From positions 1,244,530 through 1,308,529 of the forward strand of contig CAWJWJ010000001.1 of assembly GCA_963846575.1 (NCBI GenBank): DNA of 64,000 bases. Direction: 5' to 3'. The position numbers were made by a program, and so were the translations under genes. Positions within the stretch are counted from its first letter, which is position 1; each line of letters starts with the position of its first letter. This document shows positions 59,188 to 64,000 of the stretch, in pieces. The notes under the pieces are model-generated. The model did no database searches and had not been told where the DNA came from. It worked only from the letters and a program-made list of their open reading frames with translations. This DNA is from an uncultured Nitrospiraceae bacterium (GTDB lineage: Bacteria; Nitrospirota; Nitrospiria; Nitrospirales; Nitrospiraceae).

Positions 59188-60129
59188 ATGAACAGGGAAT
59201 TGAAGCTCTTTTCGGGCAGCGCCAATCCTGCGCTTGCGGGAGCCATCTGCACCTATCTCGATCTGCCGATGGGATCCGCGACCGTGTCCTCGTTCAGCGA
59301 TGGGGAGATCAGGATCCGCGTCGAAGAAAACGTTCGCGGGGCGGACGTGTTTCTCGTGCAATCCTGTTGTGCCCCGGTCAACGACTCGATCATGGAAATG
59401 CTTATCATGATTGATGCGCTGAAGCGCTCGTCCGCCAACCGCATTACGGCGGTGATTCCCTATTTCGGTTATGCCCGGCAGGACCGCAAGGATCAGCCGC
59501 GAGTGCCGATTTCGGCGAAACTGGTGGCCGACCTCATTACCACCGCCGGCGCCGACCGGGTCCTAACGATGGATCTCCATGCGAGTCAGATTCAAGGTTT
59601 TTTCAACATACCGGTGGATAACCTCTATGCCTTGCCGGTTTTGATGGATTACATCACGAAACGGAAGATCGGAGATCTCGTGGTCGTGTCGCCCGATGCG
59701 GGAGGCGTGGAGCGAGCCCGCGCGTTCGCCAAGCGGCTGCAGGTCAACCTTGCCATCATCGACAAGCGTCGGGAAGGGCCAAATCAAGCGCAAGTGATGA
59801 ACATTATCGGCGACGTTCAGGGGAAAAGCGCTCTGTTGCTGGACGATATGATCGATACGGCGGGTACGATCGTCCAGGGAGCCCAGGCCTGTATCGACAA
59901 GGGCGCGCGCGAAGTGTGGGCAGGCTGCAGTCATGGGGTGCTCTCAGGTCCGGCGTTGGAGCGACTCCAGCAATCGTGTCTCAGTGAAGTTCTTGTGACC
60001 GATTCGATTCCGTTGCGTGGCAAAGAGCAGAAGTGTCCAAAATTAAAAGTGTTGTCGGTGGCTCCGTTGTTCGGTGAAGCCATCAGACGAATCCATGAAG
60101 ATGAATCAGTGAGTTCGTTATTCGTGTAG
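59188..60129 (+). CDS. prs: Ribose-phosphate pyrophosphokinase
   Basis: FSDGEI, PYFGYARQDRK, DLHASQIQGFF, VSPDAGGV, DDMIDTAGT. Confidence 0.98.
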   Translation: MNRELKLFSGSANPALAGAICTYLDLPMGSATVSSFSDGEIRIRVEENVRGADVFLVQSCCAPVNDSIMEMLIMIDALKRSSANRITAVIPYFGYARQDRKDQPRVPISAKLVADLITTAGADRVLTMDLHASQIQGFFNIPVDNLYALPVLMDYITKRKIGDLVVVSPDAGGVERARAFAKRLQVNLAIIDKRREGPNQAQVMNIIGDVQGKSALLLDDMIDTAGTIVQGAQACIDKGAREVWAGCSHGVLSGPALERLQQSCLSEVLVTDSIPLRGKEQKCPKLKVLSVAPLFGEAIRRIHEDESVSSLFV

Positions 60130-60166
60130 GCCGTCCGCGTCGAGCGACTGGTCGGGGAGGAGAATC

Positions 60167-60943
60167 ATGAAATTTGATTTGATCGTTGAGAGCAGAGAAG
60201 GTGGAGGCAAGGGGCCTGCGCGTCAGCTACGTCGTGCAGGACGGGTCCCGGCTGTGTTGTATGGACAGGGAGAGTGTCTCCTGCTTTCAGTCAAGCCTGA
60301 TGAACTTGTGAAGGTGCTGCGCGCGCAGGCCGGAACCACCGCACTCATTTCAATCACCATTGACGGAGCGAAGTCCAAAGCGAAGCGCACCGCCCTGCTG
60401 CGGGATTACCAAGTGGACCCGATCACCGGAAGCGTGCTGCATGCGGACTTTTTCGAAGTGGCGATGGATAAGCCGATCCGCGTCAAGGTCCCCGTGCACT
60501 TGACCGGCGGGCAACCGCTGGGCTTGAAAGAAGGCGGCGTGCTCCATCAGGCGCTACGGGAGTTGCATGTTGAATGCCTCCCCTCCGCTTTGCCGGACTT
60601 CATTGCGGTTGATGCCTCTCAATTGCAGATCAATGAGGGTATCCATTTGAAGGATATTCCTAAGACGGAAGGATTGCGGTTTCTGGACGATCCCGATCAC
60701 ATGGTCGTGAGCGTCGCCGCGCCGATGACCGATGCCAAGCTCGAATCCTTGCTCACCACCGGTGCGCCAGGAGCCGAAGGTGGCAAGGAACCGGAAGTGG
60801 CAGTAAAGGGCAAAGGCGCGGCCGAAGGGGCTGCCGGTGCAGAGGCAGGCAAGGCCGGCGATGCCAAGGCTGGCGCAGCGGCGCCGAAGGCCGGGGCGGC
60901 TGCCGCCAAGGGCGATAAGAAGGAACCTGAAAAGAAGAAGTAG
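60167..60943 (+). CDS. rplY: 50S ribosomal protein L25 / general stress protein Ctc (long form, Ala/Gly/Lys-rich tail)
   Basis: GKGPARQLRRAGRVPAVLYG, LHADF, GLKEGG. Confidence 0.95.
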   Translation: MKFDLIVESREGGGKGPARQLRRAGRVPAVLYGQGECLLLSVKPDELVKVLRAQAGTTALISITIDGAKSKAKRTALLRDYQVDPITGSVLHADFFEVAMDKPIRVKVPVHLTGGQPLGLKEGGVLHQALRELHVECLPSALPDFIAVDASQLQINEGIHLKDIPKTEGLRFLDDPDHMVVSVAAPMTDAKLESLLTTGAPGAEGGKEPEVAVKGKGAAEGAAGAEAGKAGDAKAGAAAPKAGAAAAKGDKKEPEKKK

Positions 60944-60948
60944 CCGCA

Positions 60949-61539
60949 TTGCGTCTTCTCGTTGGATTGGGCAATCCCGGCATCGAGTATGCCGGCACCC
61001 GGCACAATGCCGGTTGCTGGGTGATCGAACGGGCAGCGGCGCGTTGGTCGATACGGCTCACCAGAAAGGGCGCGGCCCACCGAGGCTCGGGTCGCGCCGG
61101 TTCCAAAGTCGTTGAACTCGCCAGTACCCTCGACTGGATGAATATCACCGGCCCTCCTCTCAAGGGAATTCTTCGCGAACTCGACCTCACTCCGGCGGAC
61201 CTCGTGGTCATTCATGACGACCTGGATATGGAGCCGGGGCGTTTGCGAATCCGGCATAACGGGGGGAGCGGCGGTCACAACGGCCTTAAATCCATAATTG
61301 AGGCATTAGGCACGCCGCAGTTCGTGCGGCTCAAGATCGGTGTCGGTCGCCCTGCGCCGAGACAGGAATCAGCCGATTATGTGTTGGAGCCAGTCTCGAC
61401 GGATGAGATGGGGGTGTACGAGCCTTGTCTCGAACGAGCCGTCGATGCGTTGGAATTGCTGCTGAATCGTGACCTCGCCACGGCGATGAATCAGTTCAAC
61501 GTGCGGGAAAAAACTGAGGAAGAGGAGCGACCGAGCTAA
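60949..61539 (+). CDS. pth: Peptidyl-tRNA hydrolase
   Basis: LVGLGNPG, TRHNAG, HDDLD, GGHNGLKS, RLKIGVGRP. Confidence 0.97.
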   Translation: MRLLVGLGNPGIEYAGTRHNAGCWVIERAAARWSIRLTRKGAAHRGSGRAGSKVVELASTLDWMNITGPPLKGILRELDLTPADLVVIHDDLDMEPGRLRIRHNGGSGGHNGLKSIIEALGTPQFVRLKIGVGRPAPRQESADYVLEPVSTDEMGVYEPCLERAVDALELLLNRDLATAMNQFNVREKTEEEERPS

Positions 61540-61972
61540 CTTCCCGAGAGTGGCAGGCTCACGTGGGCTGTCTTGTATGCCGCTTCATCGAAGCCTCTCT
61601 ATCTCCGCCGCCCTGTACCCCTCCACTCTCTCCGGGGTTCCCCCTGTCAGTCGAAGAGGGGGATCACTGTCTCCCTGTGATGGGCGTAGAAACCATGATC
61701 AATGGATGCCGCCTCCGATGCTCCTGTTCGATACTTTACAAGTACACGGGTACTTACATCTCCGGGTGGTTTCCAGCGACCGAATCGGTGCCGTGAACCT
61801 TGCGGACGTGTTTTTGTTCTCCATGTGCGCGCCTTTCTCGATGAGAGTGAGGGGATCTTTCCCTGTTGATCGCTGAAGGACGTCTGTCCGAGGTATGCAT
61901 TCAAGGCAGTAGCGGGAGCACTGTGGTACAGTAAAAAGAACCGCTGAGTGTGATTGACCTACGGGAGACGCC

Positions 61973-63178
61973 ATGACGACATCAAGTCAGCACCACCTTT
62001 CGCTAGCGGCATTCGACATTTCGGCTGAGCGCGGTTTCCTTCCCACTTCCGATCCCTTGGAGCATGTTCCCGATGAGCCGGTACTGAACCAACTGGGTGC
62101 GGAACTGCCCAAACTCCTCACGGCTCGACAGTTCAGGCAGCTTATTCAGGACCGCAAGGAGGTGATGGGGACCGTGGCTGACGATTGGGGGCTGGATGCA
62201 TTTCGTTGCGCGATGCGAACCCTATCGTTCGCCGGGCACGCCTATGTGTGGGAAACTCCAGATCATCCCGCCGCCCGCCTGCCCGCGAATCTGGCAGTGC
62301 CATGGTACTGTGTCGCGCAGCAGCTTGGGCGCCCTCCCGTGCTTTCTTACGCCTCCTATGCCTTACACAACTGGCGCCGGCTCGACCCGCAGAAGCCCAT
62401 CGAACTGGGAAATATTGTGCTCTTGCAGAATTTTCTCGGAGGTCTCGATGAAGAATGGTTCGTCCTTGTCCACATTGAAATTGAATCGGAGGCAGGGCCG
62501 GGTCTCCGGGGGTTGGTTCAGGCACACAATGCTGCCCAAGACGATCGGGAAGAAGAAGTGATGCTTGGATTACGTGCGCTTGCAACCGCCCAGGAAGCCA
62601 TGCGCGAAACTTTGCTCCGTATGCCAGAATTCTGCGATCCCTATATCTATTACAGCCGGGTCCGGCCCTACATTCACGGATGGAAGAACAGTCCGGCCCT
62701 GCCTGACGGAGTGATTTACGAAGGGGTCGCAGCGTATGAGGAGCGTCCTCAGCAGTTCCGTGGGGAAACCGGCTCTCAAAGTTCGATCGTGCCGACCCTG
62801 GACGCCGGACTAGGCGTGTCCCACGGCGAGGATCCGCTGACCCAATACCTTGTAGAAATGCGTGAATACATGCCTCCCCGCCATCGGGCCTTTATGGCCG
62901 CGTTGGAGTCTCGAGTGGATGCGGAGAAGCGTCCCCTCTTGTATGCCTATGTCCGAGATCGTCAAAAAAGAAATCCTGAGCTGTGGAAGGCCTTTCGCGT
63001 CTGCCTGGATCTGCTCGCGCAATTCCGTGAAATTCACATCGGGTACGCCGAGCGTTACATTTTCCGGCAACATCAGTCCCTTGCAAGTAATCCGACCGCC
63101 GTGGGCACAGGCGGTACGCCGTTCATGCCCTATCTGAATAAGCACCTGGAAGAGACGAGGCGCTTGGCTCAGAATTGA
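61973..63178 (+). CDS. Indoleamine 2,3-dioxygenase family heme protein
   Basis: ERGFLP, GHAYVW, LGRPPVLSYA, EEWFVLVH..IE, RPYIHGW, GETGSQSS, MREYMPPRH (proximal His), GTGG; same motif order as IDO. Confidence 0.88.
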   Translation: MTTSSQHHLSLAAFDISAERGFLPTSDPLEHVPDEPVLNQLGAELPKLLTARQFRQLIQDRKEVMGTVADDWGLDAFRCAMRTLSFAGHAYVWETPDHPAARLPANLAVPWYCVAQQLGRPPVLSYASYALHNWRRLDPQKPIELGNIVLLQNFLGGLDEEWFVLVHIEIESEAGPGLRGLVQAHNAAQDDREEEVMLGLRALATAQEAMRETLLRMPEFCDPYIYYSRVRPYIHGWKNSPALPDGVIYEGVAAYEERPQQFRGETGSQSSIVPTLDAGLGVSHGEDPLTQYLVEMREYMPPRHRAFMAALESRVDAEKRPLLYAYVRDRQKRNPELWKAFRVCLDLLAQFREIHIGYAERYIFRQHQSLASNPTAVGTGGTPFMPYLNKHLEETRRLAQN

Positions 63179-63259
63179 GCGGGTGGGCTGGTTCATGACA
63201 TGTTTCGGCGTGAATAACGAAGGCAGCAGGCTTCCCAGACTTCTGCCCTCATTCTGACT

Positions 63260-63472
63260 ATGCGAAAACCAGGTGAGCCGATTTATTTGAGAAGTCACTT
63301 CCTTGCATTGGCGTTGGTCATTGCAGGCACGGTGGCATTGCCGCGTTTAGCGGAGGTCTTCATGGGCCCTCTGAGCTTCGGGACGAGAGCCTTGGCTGGA
63401 ATAGGGGTGGCTGTCGCCGGTGGAATCGTCTTGTATTTCCGCTATAACTCCTCCGCACGGAATGAACCATAG
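63260..63472 (+). CDS. Small two-TM membrane protein, unknown function
   Basis: 70-aa ORF with two hydrophobic helices, fills the IDO-rpsF gap. Confidence 0.6.
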   Translation: MRKPGEPIYLRSHFLALALVIAGTVALPRLAEVFMGPLSFGTRALAGIGVAVAGGIVLYFRYNSSARNEP

Positions 63473-63592
63473 GTCGTTCCACAGTCGGAAGAGCGAGTCT
63501 TCTCTCGTCTCGGCTCTCGACATCTCTCAGGGCCGGCCTCCGAAGGTGTCACGCCTTCGCGGAGTACGTGCCCGATGGGAGCAGTGTTCGAT

Positions 63593-63622
63593 TTGACACA
63601 TTCTTTGAGGCTGTGATACCTT
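63593..63622 (+). promoter_or_regulatory. rpsF operon promoter TTGACA-N18-TACCTT with extended -10 TG
   Basis: Motif read directly upstream of the S6 leader. Confidence 0.55.
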
Positions 63623-63657
63623 CGCCAGCTCGTCCCGGCTTGTCCGGCGCACCTACA

Positions 63658-63698
63658 CCTCGCTCCCGTCTATGAACGGGGGCCGTTGCCCAGGAGGA
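63658..63698 (+). ncRNA. S6:S18 ribosomal-protein leader (autoregulatory RNA)
   Basis: Hairpin CTCCCGT-ctatga-ACGGGGG followed by CCG and the SD AGGAGG, matching the known rpsF leader architecture. Confidence 0.65.
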
Positions 63699-63704
63699 TT
63701 CTGC

Positions 63705-64000
63705 ATGGAACTCTATGAGTCCCTGTTCATTATTCGTCCGTCGCTTACCGACGAAGAAACCACAGCGCTGATTGAGAAGATGAAGGGCACCGTGACAAAA
63801 AACGGCGCCTCGCTCGTGCGAGCTGAAAACTGGGGCCGCAAAAAACTCGCCTATGAGATTAAGCGAGAACGCAAAGGCACCTACGTGTATTTTTATTTCC
63901 AGGGGCCAGGAGCGGTCATCGCCGAGTTGGAGCGCTCCTATCGCCTTGAAGATTCAATCATTAAGCAAGACCGAACTGGAACCAATAAATGTTACACAAC
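63705..64000 (+). CDS. rpsF: 30S ribosomal protein S6 (runs off the window end)
   Basis: Manual translation MELYESLFIIRPSLTDEE...ENWGRKKLAYEIKRERKGTYVYFYF...ELERSYRLEDSIIK. Confidence 0.95.
   Translation, partial: MELYESLFIIRPSLTDEETTALIEKMKGTVTKNGASLVRAENWGRKKLAYEIKRERKGTYVYFYFQGPGAVIAELERSYRLEDSIIKQDRTGTNKCYT

Noticed and set aside
60780..60943. Repetitive GCC/AAG-rich DNA
   Set aside because: Encodes the low-complexity Ala/Gly/Lys tail of long-form L25; not a repeat element
61540..61972. Possible ychF remnant after pth
   Set aside because: No GLPNVGKS-like motif in the track ORFs of this spacer
1..64000. CRISPR arrays, transposases/integrases, tRNA/rRNA, defence systems
   Set aside because: None recognised by eye; the intergenic regions inspected show no repeat-spacer periodicity or cloverleaf (no tool was run)

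Overview
GC-rich bacterial chromosome segment. Gene content, protein sequences and synteny (dcw cluster followed by pgeF-yggS-proC-yggT-divIVA, pilC-pilS-pilR, ispE-prs-rplY-pth) suggest a Nitrospira-like organism; this is inference, no search was run. Left to right: (1) TetR-regulated RND efflux operon, truncated by the window edge; (2) two tandem paralogous exported proteins; (3) a 5.4-kb operon resembling 2-aminoethylphosphonate (AEP) lipid/glycan biosynthesis (split phosphonopyruvate-type decarboxylase, AEP transaminase, cytidylyltransferase, CDP-alcohol phosphotransferase fusion, flippase-like protein) with no pepM in the window; (4) an 11-kb surface-glycan locus (GtrB-like GT2, two GT4, pyruvyl transferase, Wzx, GT2, LarA-family racemase/epimerase, FkbM methyltransferase, ArnT/GT-C transferase) without Wzy, Wzz or an initiating transferase; (5) hsp20 with a structured 5' leader, small ORFs, a hydrolase, cstA, yajQ, a beta-propeller lipoprotein and a repeat-containing exported protein; (6) a dcw cluster lacking mraZ but keeping MraZ-like boxes and DnaA boxes; (7) pgsA-like, pilC, pilS, pilR, ispE, prs, rplY, pth; (8) an indoleamine 2,3-dioxygenase-family gene before rpsF, whose last ~35 nt look discordant. 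No tRNA, rRNA, CRISPR array or transposase was recognised. The best candidate for an undescribed system is the adjacent AEP plus LarA-containing glycan locus (5118-21922).
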